64,000 nucleotides of DNA from Macrostomum lignano (lineage: Eukaryota), in assembly GCA_002269645.1 (NCBI GenBank), contig NIVC01000027.1:744001-808000 (forward strand), given 5' to 3'. Under the pieces are notes generated by a model that was given only the letters and a program-made list of their open reading frames with translations, was not told the origin of the DNA and searched no databases. Shown here in pieces: positions 51,580-64,000 of this stretch (positions are counted from its first letter, which is position 1; the number at the start of each line of letters is the position of its first letter). Both the position numbers and the translations under genes were made by a program.

Positions 51580-54500
51580 TCATTCTGCTGCAGTTATCTT
51601 TATTCCTCCTCCCGCTGCCCCACTGGCTCGAATCTGGGTGATTTCTTCCACCGATTTCTTGGCGTCTCGCAGAAGCCTCGCCCGAGTCTGCCAGTTTGGC
51701 TGCTCTTCTTGTTTCTGCTTATTTATCAACTCTTCAACGTACTCATCGGCAGTGCTTAGGAGGTACTGGCGATGAGCCAGCTGCTCAAGATCCTGCATGC
51801 ACTGATGCATTTTTACTAAGCTGTTTGATAAGTGCTCCCTGTGTTCGTCTATATCGTCTTTGAGACGGCTTTCGACCTGCTTTTTACGCCGTTTACCGGG
51901 ATACCGCCGTGTGATGGTTTCCGCTGTCCTCTCCTCTTCTTTCTCGACGGTTTCTAAATATTTCTTGCCTGGCTTATGCTCAGAGAGACTGCAACCTCCT
52001 GGGCAGGCTGTGCAGTCGATGTCCGGCTCAGACTGATCTCTCCAATATGCTGATTGCTCCAAAATCCAGCACGTCATGTTGCACTTTTTGCAATTTATAG
52101 CAACTTGGTTCCTGGGTAAATCTGAATTTGATTTTTGAACTTTTTTTACCAGGAATTTAGTTTTGCCTGGGTTACCAGCTGTTTTACTGACTAGCTCTAG
52201 CTCCTTCTCAAATATGGCAAGTTTTTCCAAGGTTTCTTTCAGCTTCTTCATCAGGATCGCAAAAGAAACCTCGAGTTGTCTTGGATTACTTGGGCTGTCT
52301 TTGGCTTTTTGTTTCGATCGGAGATGGACACCGATTCGTGTCTTTTCCATCGCTTCAAACAGCTCAAGGTAACTGTGCTCATCCTCACACCAGGCTCTCG
52401 CCTTTGCATCCAGCTTCATCTTCTCTTCTAGTTTTGCTTTTAACGAGAGATTTGAATCCCGCTTCAAGCTATCACTGTCGATATTGTCAGAGTACAGAAC
52501 TCCACTATTGAGTTTGAGAAACTTTCTGAATGACACGTTGCCGTCTTTGAGATCGGGTTGTGCCAAAGTCGCATAGCCACCAGCGTAAGTCAAAACTGGC
52601 AGCGAGATCTGTTCGATTTCCACGCCGAACAGTGACGTAATTTCTTTAAAAACGGTTATCTGAGGATCGGAACGTTTGCTTTGCGATGCCCTCAGGACGA
52701 AGCAAAAGCCGTGCAACAGTCCGGTGATTCCTGGAATTGCAGAAGTTCCTCCATCGCCGAGCACCTCCGCGATTCTCCTCTCAATTTGATCACCTTCGTT
52801 CGGGTTTAGTCTGTTTCGAAATTCTGGGGCAACAATAAGGGTCAGCGGGGTGTCCATAGCGCTCCTGCAGCTTTCATCGGCACCGCCAGTGTTCACAGGG
52901 AATAATGTGTACACCATTATGTCTTTTTCACTGCTTTCTTGAGCCAGCCGGAACCGGAAGTTTTGCGAATACGGAACTCTGTAGAATGCATTGGCGATTC
53001 CGTTGATAAACTCGGTCAATCCCGAGTCTTCTAAGCCGACAACGAGAAGAATCTTTGGAGGCATGACGAAAGCTCCGCCCTCAGCAACGCTGAATGACAC
53101 TGGACCGACGCTGGAGTCATCGTTTTTCTTCACCACATTCAGATTGAAAATATCTCCGGAATAGTTCGCTCCACTCCCAGCTGAGTCTTTGTAGCTGTAG
53201 TTGTCTCGAACAAATTGAAAACAACAAGTTTCAACCGTCTCGGCTTCTGGAATGCTGAGCTCGACTGGGTCCATGGAGTCGGTCTGCGGATTCAGGTTAG
53301 AGACTGGGTTCAAGGAGTCGATCTGCGGATTCAGGTTAGAGACTGGGTCCAAGGAGTCGGTCTGCGGATTCAGGTTAGAGACTGGGTCCAAGGAGTCGGT
53401 CTGCGGATGCAGGTTAGAGACTGGGTCCAAGGAGTCGGTCTGTGGATGCAGGTTAGAGACTGGGTCCAAGGAGTCGGTCTGCGGATTCAGGTTAGAGACT
53501 GGGTCCAAGGAGTCGGTCTGTGGATGCAGGTTAGAGACTGGGTCCAAGGAGTCGGTCTGTGGATGCAGGTTAGAGACTGGGTCCAAGGAGTCGGTCTGCG
53601 GATTCAGGTTAGAGACTGGGTCCAAGGAGTCGGTCTGTGGATGCAGGTTAGAGACTGGGTCCAAGGAGTCGGTCTGCGGATGCAGGTTAGAGACTGGGTC
53701 CAAGGAGTCGGTCTGCGGATGCAGGTTAGAGACTGGGTCCAAGGAGTCGGTCTGCCGATTCAAGTTAGAGACTGGGTCCAAGGAGTCGGTCTGCGGATGC
53801 AGGTTAGAGACTGGGTCCAAGGAGTCGGTCTGCCGATTCAAGTTAGAGACTGGGTCCAAGGAGTCGGTCTGCCGATTCAAGTTAGAGACTGGGTCCAAGG
53901 AGTCGGTCTGCCGATTCAAGTTAGAGACTGGGTCCAAGGAGTCGGTCTGCGGATGCAGGTTAGAGACTGGGTCCAAGGAGTCGGTCTGCAGATGCAGGTT
54001 AGAGACTGGGTCCAAGGAGTCGGTCTGCCGATTCAAGTTAGAGACTGGGTCCAAGGAGTCGGTCTGCCGATTCAAGTTAGAGACTGGGTCCAAGGAGTCG
54101 GTCTGCGGATGCAGGTTAGAGACTGGGTCCAAGGAGTCGGTCTGCGGATGCAGGTTAGAGACTGGGTCCAAGGAGTCGGTCTGCCGATTCAAGTTAGAGA
54201 CTGGGTCCAAGGAGTCGGTCTGCCGATTCAAGTTAGAGACTGGGTCCAAGGAGTCGGTCTGCCGATTCAAGTTAGAGACTGGGTCCAAGGAGTCGGTCTG
54301 CGGATGCAGGTTAGAGACTGGGTCCAAGGAGTCGGTCTGCAGATGCAGGTTAGAGACTGGGTCCAAGGAGTCGGTCTGCCGATTCAAGTTAGAGACTGGG
54401 TCCAAGGAGTCGGTCTGCCGATTCAAGTTAGAGACTGGGTCCAAGGAGTCGGTCTGCGGATGCAGGTTAGAGACTGGGTCCAAGGAGTCGGTCTGCGGAT

Positions 54501-54808
54501 GCAGGTTAGAGACTGGGTCCAAGGAGTCGGTCTGCCGATTCAAGTTAGAGACTGGGTCCAAGGAGTCGGTCTGCGGATGCAGGTTAGAGACTGGGTCCAA
54601 GGAGTCGGTCTGCCGATTCAAGTTAGAGACTGGGTCCAAGGAGTCGGTCTGCCGATTCAAGTTAGAGACTAGTCGACTAAGTTTTGTTTCGTAGCCCCTC
54701 AACTCGGAAAGCACAAAAAAGATTTTTGCTTCCCCTATAGAATTTATTGTGCTCTTGTGCTCTACAAATGCGCATTCATTCATACTCTCAAATTTCTTAG
54801 GACGATAG
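51580..54808 (-). CDS. Large terminal exon: 13-aa tandem repeat, septin/AIG1-like (pseudo)GTPase domain, coiled coil and Cys-rich C-terminus
   Basis: The supplied 1067-aa ORF extends upstream to a TAG|C acceptor at 54808. The unique part (about 51580-53270) has KILLVVGLEDSGLTEFINGIAN...FRFRL...LTLIVAPEF...GFCFVLRASQ...FKEITSLFG...VLTY and NCKKCNMTC...CTACPGGC...H. This matches my recollection of an invertebrate/fish septin-like GTPase family and has not been searched. Confidence 0.7.
53275..54670 (-). repeat. 39-bp minisatellite, about 36 copies, in frame in the large ORF (NLHPQTDSLDPVS)
   Basis: Minus-strand unit AACCTGCATCCGCAGACCGACTCCTTGGACCCAGTCTCT, with no indels breaking the frame. 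Confidence 0.95.
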
Positions 54809-55063
54809 CTAATTCAGTCAGTTTCCTAGCTATGGGGTTCGGAAAACAAGAGCGACTTACAGGCTCTTTGCAGTCCACTTCAAAATACGCCGTGCCGTCG
54901 TATCTGAAAATTTAGCAGACATTGACAACGTTTTCAGATGCCATGATACTGCCTTTCTAAAAATTACAATTCTTTCTATGATCAGAAATCCGAACGCATT
55001 CTTTTTTTAATTCATAGCAATCCTAATCGATAGTTCGAATGGTAGTCTGTTCCCCTTACTCAC

Positions 55064-56355
55064 TTGGCAAGCAACTCTGCCAGCTGAAATGCCTCGGCTT
55101 TGGGTTGCGCCAAATCCATTGCAGTTCTGCCATACTCGTTCTTCAGACTCCAATCGGCACCTCTCCCTAGCAGGATGCTCCCAACCTCTGAGGCTTGCGC
55201 AGGAGCCTCCACGGCGACCGAAATGAGAGGAGTGTTGCCATAGATGTCCTGAGAATTTACAGAGGCTCCTGCGTCAATCAGAACGGAAACGGCGACCAAG
55301 TTGCCGCTGCGAGCTGCCACATGCAGGCAGCTCAATGACTCAGTAGAGGCGCATGTTGGATCTGCCAGTGACAGCAGCTTCTGCCACAAAGCTTTGTTGC
55401 TGCAGTTGGTATTCTTGGCGGCCCACATTGCTGCGGTGAATCCATTGGGGTCAGACAGGTTGCAGTTGTCAAGATTGGCAGCTCTAAGCAAGCCCTCAAA
55501 GTCACCGGCTTGAGCCAGCTGCTTCAGCCTCTGCCGAGCTGCTTCCTCCTGCAGTGGAGAATGCGGTGCAGTAAGGCCTGTCCTTTTATCACCCGACCTG
55601 TCAGGCACTCACCTCACTAGTCAGACCGCTGATCAAACCGTACTTATCAACAACGAGTCTCATCTCTCTGAATTGAATTAGTAACTGAAATTGTTACTAT
55701 TGACATGATTTCAATTCTGATTTCAACAATTATCAGAAATGCAAACAACTCACCGCTCGATGAGATTGGCTATATCACCTTTGCGCAACTTGGCGAGTGT
55801 CAACGCTGTTCGACCGTGCTTGTCTTTCAGTCCCAAAAGCTGCTCTCTCTTGGAGTTGCCTTTACTTTGGCATTCATTGTACTTAAATTGTCGCAGCTGG
55901 TGCAGCAGATGCTTGACACACCTCCACGAACCAGCCAGAACCGCTTCCATCAGGGGGGTCGTGCCCTGCTCGTTCTGCAGCCACTTGCTCTCAAAAGGTA
56001 GCAGTACAAGAATCTGGAGGTTGTCAGCTCTGGCTGCCAGGTGAGCAGCCGTGTCGCCAGCCCAGTCAGTTGCGAAAGGGTCAAAGTTCTGAGCTATTAA
56101 GTACATTACGCACTTTTCTGTTCCGGCCGATCTTTGCTGAGCAGTTTCGGCCAAACACATGAGGACAGTCTTCTTCTTACTTGGTTTCAATAAGTTCATT
56201 ATCTGTTGGAGGTCACCTTTGTTTATTAACTCGACCAGTTTCTGCAAGATTCAAATGTACCAATGTAAGTTCTAGGTTTTGAAGGGTTAACTAGACAATC
56301 AAGGAACAAAAATAGATCTAATTACTTGTACTTCATTGAAATCTCCTTCAGCCAT
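55064..56355 (-). CDS. Ankyrin-repeat exons, probably the 5' part of the same gene as 51580-54808
   Basis: Exons 56355-56326 (MAEGDFNEVQ), 56241-55754, 55667-55613 and 55548-55064, with GT-AG introns and consistent phases 0/2/0/2. Ankyrin motifs: GDTAAHLAA, GTTPLMEAV, HGRTALTLA, NGFTAAMWAA, SCLHVAA, YGNTPLI, YGRTAMDLA. Confidence 0.85.
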
Positions 56356-58611
56356 TTTTAATCTGGTGCCAAAAACCTGTGCGCTGATGGCCGCTGGGGT
56401 GTTTCTTGGAAAGCGTCCAGACCGGCACGCAGGTTCGCGGCGTCGCTCAGTCGAAGTCCTGTGATTGTGGCGCATTTGAGTGCATGAAGTTAGTAGAAAC
56501 TATCAGTCTAGTACCCCCCCCCCCACCACTTGGGGGCGGCCAATAGGCAAGGGACGAAAATTATTTATGTGAATTTTGTTTGCGTTTACATCTCAGCAAT
56601 TCCCTTGTAAGCCTTGACATCTCAGAGATTCCCCTGTAAGCCTTGACATCTCAGCAATACCCCCTCCCAAGCCTTGACATCTTAGCAATTCCCCCAAGCC
56701 ATCTACGAGCTTTTCTTACTTATTTACCTAGATGGTCTGCGATCTGAAATCGCCATCGTATGTCTAGATTAAATTAACCATTGCAGGTATCAAGCCACTT
56801 AATCGTAAGTTAATCGTGAATTTAATTTTCCGATTATATATTTTATATATTTAGCATTTACCAGTAACTTTGTTATTAAGTTGATTTCCTAAGGCAAGTT
56901 CTTGCTTGTATATTAATAAATTTTGCGTAAAAAACTCACATCGAAAGTTGTAGAATTATTCCAATGTATAATGAAAAGTATAATTACGAGTATAAGTATC
57001 ATAAACCAGTTTGCTGGCGTCGATAAAATAGTTTTTAGCCTGGCCGTTTAGCTCGTGGGCATTCTCAGCATTTATTTGTTGTGCTCTGAGAACAATAACT
57101 TTCTCAAACTGCCCGATCTCTAAAGAGTAGCTGTCTAGTTAATCGGCACTTTAGATTAACTCGTCAGTCTAAAACTAGTCATGAGAGCATAACTGCCTAA
57201 TGAAATGAGACCCGGGGTACCCAACGGTGCGAAAGTAACAATAGCAAGTTTGTCTGCTCACTTATCAGTCTAAGTCAAGCATTTTGCATCAAAATAACTG
57301 CAGTGTACACAATTTATGAGCGTCATGTGACAACCCTTTATGAGCAGCTGAGTATACTGGACGGGGAGTGAGCTGTCAACTGTCGAGAGAGAGAGAGGGA
57401 GAGAGAGAGGAGGGTACCTCCAATCTCAGGCACTGACACGGTAGAGAGTTCGAAAGTCAGAAAGGACTGAAAAAAGTCAATTTAATTTGAGTTGCCGATA
57501 TTTCGGAATTATTATGTTTATAATCTATTTAATATAATAATCTATTTCGAAATAGATCATACATCTTTTTGATTTCGTTTAGAAAACTGAACTTCTTAAA
57601 AGTCACATCCAACTGGAATGCGAGTAGTAGGCATGATGACAGTTCTAGCACAGACCCTTTCCCATTTAGATCAACATCTACTAAAATCTATTGACACACA
57701 ATGCGCTTACATCTAAAATCAGCTATCACAATGCAATACCTACACCTGTTGATCTAAATTGGAAAATTTTAAGACTACCCCATTCCCAAAAATCGACATC
57801 TACTAAGATCCATTCATACCCAATGCGCCGAAATTTAAAATCAGCTATCACAGTGCAACCTACAACTGTTTATCTAAGGAAAATTAACTATAAAGCTTAA
57901 GAAAACATTCGCATCCCAAGACCAACTCCCAAGACTACATGCCTAAACTTCCCTTAGACTAAAAATTATTTATTTATAGCACTTAGTCATTGCATTGGTT
58001 TTAGTCATCATTGGTTTTAGTCATTGCATATAAAAAAGCCATGCACAGCTCTGCGCAGATGTCACTGTTAAGATCTTGAAGTATAAAGTCTGAGCGGAAA
58101 ATTTTCTTCCCTTTTAAGTAATTTCTCAATTCTTCAGGTGGAGCCGTAGATATAGCATAGATCAACAGCTATGCTATTCAGCTATAATCACCTAGTTACA
58201 GTTAGTATGAAATATATTTCCATACGTTTTGTTGCATATCGTGGGAAAGTAAGACACTGTCTAGTTTTAGGCACAGTCTGGTTTTCAGGTGAGAGAATGC
58301 AGAAGAGCAGAGAGAATTTTGCCCAGCCTTCCTATTTACCCAAGACTCCAGACTGACAATCCGCAAACAGTATCAAAGTCTGCACACTGCCAAACATAGC
58401 GAGTTACTCTGCAGTGAAAACAGCCAGCCGAGTCTGCAGGTTGTTTTTTAACTCGGTAGACCCCGTATTGGGCGCAGTTGGCTAATACCACATTCCTTTT
58501 TTAGTTTGTGGCTAGGAAGGCTATCTCTCATAAAGACCTCGGAAGTTCGGAATATCCAATTCATTGGCTAAATCTTGAAGAAAAGTATTGGTTGTCATTT
58601 TTTAGAATTTT

Positions 58612-59700
58612 TTAATTAAAACCTATTTCTCGCAACCTCCAATGACCAAAGGGTAGACTTTCAATGTTTCCATCTAAGACAAATCGTTTGTTGTCTGCAC
58701 CTGACAAGCTAATCTTCTTTCTTTGAATTGTACGAGTATAAACTACATGGTCTTCTGACTGTAGTTTAAAGAATGTATGGGTTGTACCTTTATTGTGACA
58801 TAGGGAATCTCTGTATGCAGCCTCATTTAACTCATTCCTAACTACATGTTTGGGAACACCTTTCGATTTTTTAATGGGATCTGATGTCTCAAATTTTATA
58901 AAATAAGATTTTGCTCTCAACCCAATAAATTCAGTGATGTCAGCAGCTTTCTCGTCCTTCATTTATCCTAGTACTTTCTTGTTTCTGGTGTCAAGCATTT
59001 TTTCTCCAGTTCTATTGTTTTGAATGATTCTAGGTATTCGGATAGGTCATACAAATCATTACAACCCAGCATGTCTTTATAAAAGTCCTCAGTCTCTGCA
59101 TTCAGAATTAAACTGTCTGTGTCAGTATATAACAGTTTGATTTTATCTTTATATTGCTGCTTCAGGTTATAGAAGAACTTATACATTAGACACTTTGATT
59201 CATCCAATATAGTGACCCCAGTAAATATTGGCTTTGCTAATTTTGTTTTAGTTTTATAGAATAGGATTGCACCCAAGTGATCATTAAATGGATGAAGTTC
59301 CTTAAAAGTAGGCTTCGATATACTGGTTAAAAAAACATCCGACTCGGAGGACTTAACGAGCTTCAAGTTTGCTCTTTTTCGTTCGTTCTCTAGAGTCTTG
59401 CCGTAGACAGAATTATTGGCCAGTTTGAACAGATCCTTGTCAAAATATTAGTAGCTTCTGTTCTAAACTGGGTGTTCTTATCGATGTAGGGTTTCATCCA
59501 GGCTTATTCTGTAAAAGTGAGAGCTCTGTGAACTTTGGTGACCCTACAGCCCAGAGAGATGAAGTATTGAAACAGTTTGTAATGGATTTTACACCGTGTC
59601 TTGTTGTTCATATTTTGTGTGAGTTTCTTTGTATGTTCTTTCTCCTTCTTAGACAGATACCAAGTTCTATCGTGAGTTTCAATAATTTTTGGACATTGAA
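58612..59700 (-). pseudogene. Protein-primed type B DNA polymerase C-terminal relic (Polinton/Maverick-like)
   Basis: Frameshifted fragments: KLTQNMNNKTRCKIHY...WMKPYIDKN, FDKDLFKLANNSVYGKTLEN (motif B), KLLYTDTDSL (motif C), EFIGLRAKSY and KSKGV, ending DNKRFVLDGNIESLPFGHW. Confidence 0.85.
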
Positions 59701-60183
59701 CTGTAGTCTGGCTTGTTGGTGCGCGTGCACATAGATGTGCACGTTTGGGGGTTGGGGTTTTGCGCTGCAGCGTGTGCGTGCTTAGGGTGGTTACACCCAC
59801 CCCAACTTTGGCAATAAATATATTGGCGTGAGCCAGTGAGGTCTCCTCACGTTTTGTTATTCACTGCAACTCAACCCACGGTCTTACACTGGTGGCAGCG
59901 GTCTCAGTATGGCCAAATCAGAGCAAGCCAGTTTATTGCCTCCAAAGTTTAGCGGTGACTAGCAATCTACGCCCCCCGTTGGGGAGCCAAAGAAATGCAA
60001 TACACGTTTTTTTAATAAGCTACATGTATCCTTGAAATCTTAAAAAATCTCCTGTCAAACCTTGTAAGCCTTGACATGTCAGTAATTCCCCCCCCCCACA
60101 AGCTTTAACATATTAACTTCCCCCTTGACATCTCAGCAATGCCCCCAATAAGCCTTGGAAATCTAAAAATATCTGTCAACCTT

Positions 60184-60227
60184 CTAACCCTAACCCTAGC
60201 CTAACCCTAACCCTAACCCTAACCCTA
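60184..60227. repeat. Interstitial telomere-like (CCCTAA)n tract, about 7 units
   Basis: CTAACCCTAACCCTAGCCTAACCCTAACCCTAACCCTAACCCTAA. Confidence 0.75.
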
Positions 60228-61099
60228 AAGCATTGAAATTTCAGTAATTCTCTCTAAGAGTCATTATAGCACTACTACAGCATTATAGCGATTCCTTGCA
60301 AGCCTCAACATCGTAGGGATTCCCAAATGAATCTCTTAACTTTGACATGAAGCTTCTTTTATTTTTTACATTACGCTTTTTTATCAGCGATCCCTCCCCT
60401 GAGGAGGCATCAAATAATGTAATAAAAAGTTTTCAATAAACTACATGTAGCTTCTGACTTTAGCCTTGAAATCTCATTTATACCCCGTGAGCCTTGACAT
60501 CTCAGCTATTCCCCCCGTAAGCCTTAACATGTCAGCGATGGCCCCCATAAACCTTGAAATCTGAAAAATCCCCTGCTAACCTTGAAACCCGATAAAATAT
60601 AACCCTCAACCCACACCTGACCTAAACCTAACTTTAACCCAACCTAAAGCCTTGAAATCTCAGCAATTCTTCTCCCCTAAGCCTTGACATTTTAGTGATT
60701 CCTTCTTTAAGAATCACAGCACTATAACGATTTCCACCTAGCTTTGACATCGTAGCAATTCCCAAACGAATCTTTTAACTTCGACATGACTTTTCTTTTA
60801 TGTATACATAGTGCTACTTTTATTTTTTACATGACTCTTCTTCTATCAGCGCCCCCCCCGTGACGAGCCAACAAAGAATGCAATAAAAAATGGAGTAAAG
60901 TACATGAACTTTGAAGTAGCTTCTGACTTTTGCTTTGACATCTCAGAAACCCCCCCCCGTAATCTCAGTTATTCTCTGAGAGCCTTTACGTCTCAGTTTT
61001 TCTCCCCAGCACAGCATTATAGTTGCATTTAATTTTTACATGAACCCTTCATGTCTGACATGACGTTTCTTTTATTCTACCATGACGCTTCCTAATTTT

Positions 61100-64000
61100 T
61101 TAAATGACACTTTCATTAGTTTTAAATGAGGCTTCTATGATTTTTTCTTGACGCTTCTATGATTTTTACATGATGCTTCTATGATTTTTATATGACGTTT
61201 CTATAATTGTTTACATGACGCTTCTATGATTGTTTACATGACGCTTCTATGATTGCTTACATGACGCTTCTATGATTTTTTACATGACGCTTCTATGATT
61301 GTTTACATGACGCTTCTACGATTTTTTACATGACGCTTCTATGATTGTTTACATGACGCTTCTACGATTTTTACATGACGCTTCTATGATTGTTTACATG
61401 ACGCTTCTATGATTGTTTACATGACGCTTCTATGATTTTTAAATGACGCTTCTATGATTTTTACATGACGCTTCTATGATTTTTATATGACGTTTCTATG
61501 ATTGTTTACATGACGCTTCTATGATTGTTTACATGACGCTTCTATGATTGCTTACATGACGCTTCTATGATTTTTTACATAACGCTTCTATGATTGTTTA
61601 CATGACGCTTCTACGATTTTTTACATGACGCTTCTATGATTTTTACATGACGCTTCTACGATTTTTTACATGACGCTTCTATGATTGTTTACATGACGCT
61701 TCTATGATTGTTTACATGACGCTTCTATGATTGTTTACATGACGCTTCTATGATTGTTTACATGACGCTTCTACGATTTTTTACATGACGCTTCTATGAT
61801 TGTTTACATGACGCTTCTATGTTTGTTTACATGACGCTTCTATGATTGTTTACATGACGCTTCTATGATTTTTTACATGACGCTTCTATGATTGTTTACA
61901 TGACGCTTCTATGATTGTTTACATGACGCTTCTATGATTGTTTACATGACGCTTCTACGATTTTTTACATGACGCTTCTATGATTGTTTACATGACGCTT
62001 CTATGATTTATATGACGTTTCTATGATTGTTTACATGACGCTTCTATGATTGTTTACTTGACGCTTCTATGATTGCTTACATGACGCTTCTATGATTTTT
62101 TACATAACGCTTCTATGATTGTTTACATGACGCTTCTACGATTTTTATATGACGCTTCTATGATTGTTTACATGACGCTTCTACGATTTTTTAATGACGC
62201 TTCTATGATTTTTTACATGACGCTTCTATGATTTTTTAAATGACGCTTCTATGATTGTTTACATGACGCTTCTACGATTTTTTACATGACGCTTCTATGA
62301 TTGTTTACATGACGCTTCTATGTTTGTTTACATGACGCTTCTATGATTGTTTACATGACACTTCTATGATTTTTTACATGACGCTTCTATGATTGTTTAC
62401 ATGACGCTTCTATGATTTTTTACATGGCGCTTCTATGATTTTTATATGACGCTTCTACGATTTTTTACATGACGCTTCTATGATTTTTTAAATGACGCTT
62501 CTATGATTTTTTACATGACGCTTCTATGATTGTTTACATGACGCTTCTATGATTGTTTACATGACGCTTCTATGATTTTTTAAATGACGCTTCTATGATT
62601 GTTTACATGACGCTTCTGCGATTTTTATATGACGCTTCTATGATTTTTTAAATGACGCTTCTATGATTGTTTACATGACGCTTCTATGATTTTTTACATG
62701 ACGCTTCTATGATTTTTTAAATGACGCTTCTATGATTTTTATATGACGCTTCTACGATTTTTTACATGACGCTTCTATGATTGTTTACATGACGCTTCTA
62801 TGATTTTTTACTTGACGCTTCTATGATTGTTTACATGACGCTTCTACGATTTTTATATGACGCTTCTATGATTGTTTTTATGACGCTTCTATGATTTTTT
62901 ACATGACGCTTCTATGATTGTTTACATGACGCTTCTATGATTGTTTACATGACGCTTCTACGATTTTTATATGACGCTTCTATGATTTTTAAAAGACGCT
63001 TCTACGATTTTTTAATGACGCTTCTATGATTTTTTACATGACGCTTCTATGATTTTTTAAATGACGCTTCTATGATTTTTATATGACGCTTCTACGATTT
63101 TTTACGTGACGCTTCTATGATTGTTTACATGACGCTTCTATGATTTTTTACTTGACGCTTCTATGATTGTTTACATGACGCTTCTACGATTTTTATATGA
63201 CGCTTCTATGATTGTTTTTATGACGCTTCTATGATTTTTTACATGACGCTTCTATGATTGTTTACATGACGCTTCTATGATTGTTTACATGACGCTTCTA
63301 CGATTTTTATATGACGCTTCTATGATTTTTTAAAAGACGCTTCTACGATTTTTTAATGACGCTTCTATGATTTTTTACATGACGCTTTTATGATTTTTAC
63401 ATGACGCTTCTATGATTGTTTACATGACGCTTCTATACTTTTTTACATGACGCTTGTATGATTTTTTTACATGACGCTTCTATGATTTTTTAAATGACGC
63501 TTCTATGATTTTTATATGACGCTTCTACGATTTTTTACGTGACGCTTCTATGATTGTTTACATGACGCTTCTATGATTTTTTACTTGACGCTTCTATGAT
63601 TGTTTACATGACGCTTCTACGATTTTTATATGACGCTTCTATGATTGTTTTTATGACGCTTCTATGATTTTTTACATGACGCTTCTATGATTGTTTACAT
63701 GACGCTTCTATGATTGTTTACATGACGCTTCTACGATTTTTATATGACGCTTCTATGATTTTTTAAAAGACGCTTCTACGATTTTTTAATGACGCTTCTA
63801 TGATTTTTTACATGACGCTTCTATGACTTTTTAAATGACGCATCTATGATTTTTATATGACGCTTCTATGATTTTTTACATGACGCTTCTATGATTGTTT
63901 ACATGACGCTTCTATGATTTTTTAAATGACGCTTCTATGATTTTTTAATGACGCTTCTATGATTTTTTACATGACGCTTCTATGATTTTTTACATGACGC
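61100..64000. repeat. 22-23-bp satellite, more than 120 copies, running off the window
   Basis: Unit ATGACGCTTCTATGATTGTTTAC / ATGACGCTTCTATGATTTTTTAC. Confidence 0.97.

Noticed and set aside
53215-54694. Plus-strand ORFs of 480-485 aa over the 39-bp array
   Set aside because: They are antisense shadows; only the minus frame continues into unique protein sequence.
57624-57632. AGTAGTAG as a Polinton terminus 1 kb from the polB end
   Set aside because: The motif is short and common, and no matching inverted terminus was found.

Overview
Eukaryotic (animal) genomic DNA, not prokaryotic. It has spliceosomal introns, Q/A/S-rich GC-rich exons, and about 35 unrelated micro/minisatellite arrays covering roughly a third of the window by eye. 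The style recalls the flatworm Macrostomum, but this is inference only. Three protein-coding genes were reconstructed by hand with phase-consistent splice sites. (1) A two-exon TCF/LEF (pangolin-like) gene on + (22546-24088, 35836-37001; about 902 aa) with an internal beta-catenin-binding motif, an adjacent WRPY motif, an HMG box and a variant C-clamp. (2) An SVOP-like MFS transporter on + (41255-46863), with an antisense tRNA-Ile(GAT) in intron 1. (3) A minus-strand gene (56355-51580) that probably joins ankyrin repeats, about 36 copies of a 13-aa repeat and a septin/AIG1-like GTPase domain whose P-loop is degenerate. Also present: a TTAA-flanked decayed piggyBac-like transposon with nested inverted repeats (48600-51552), a Polinton/Maverick-type DNA polymerase B relic (about 58612-59700), a short telomere-like tract, and a satellite running off the right edge. 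Most long ORFs in the supplied track are artefacts of tandem repeats. Repeat coordinates are approximate.
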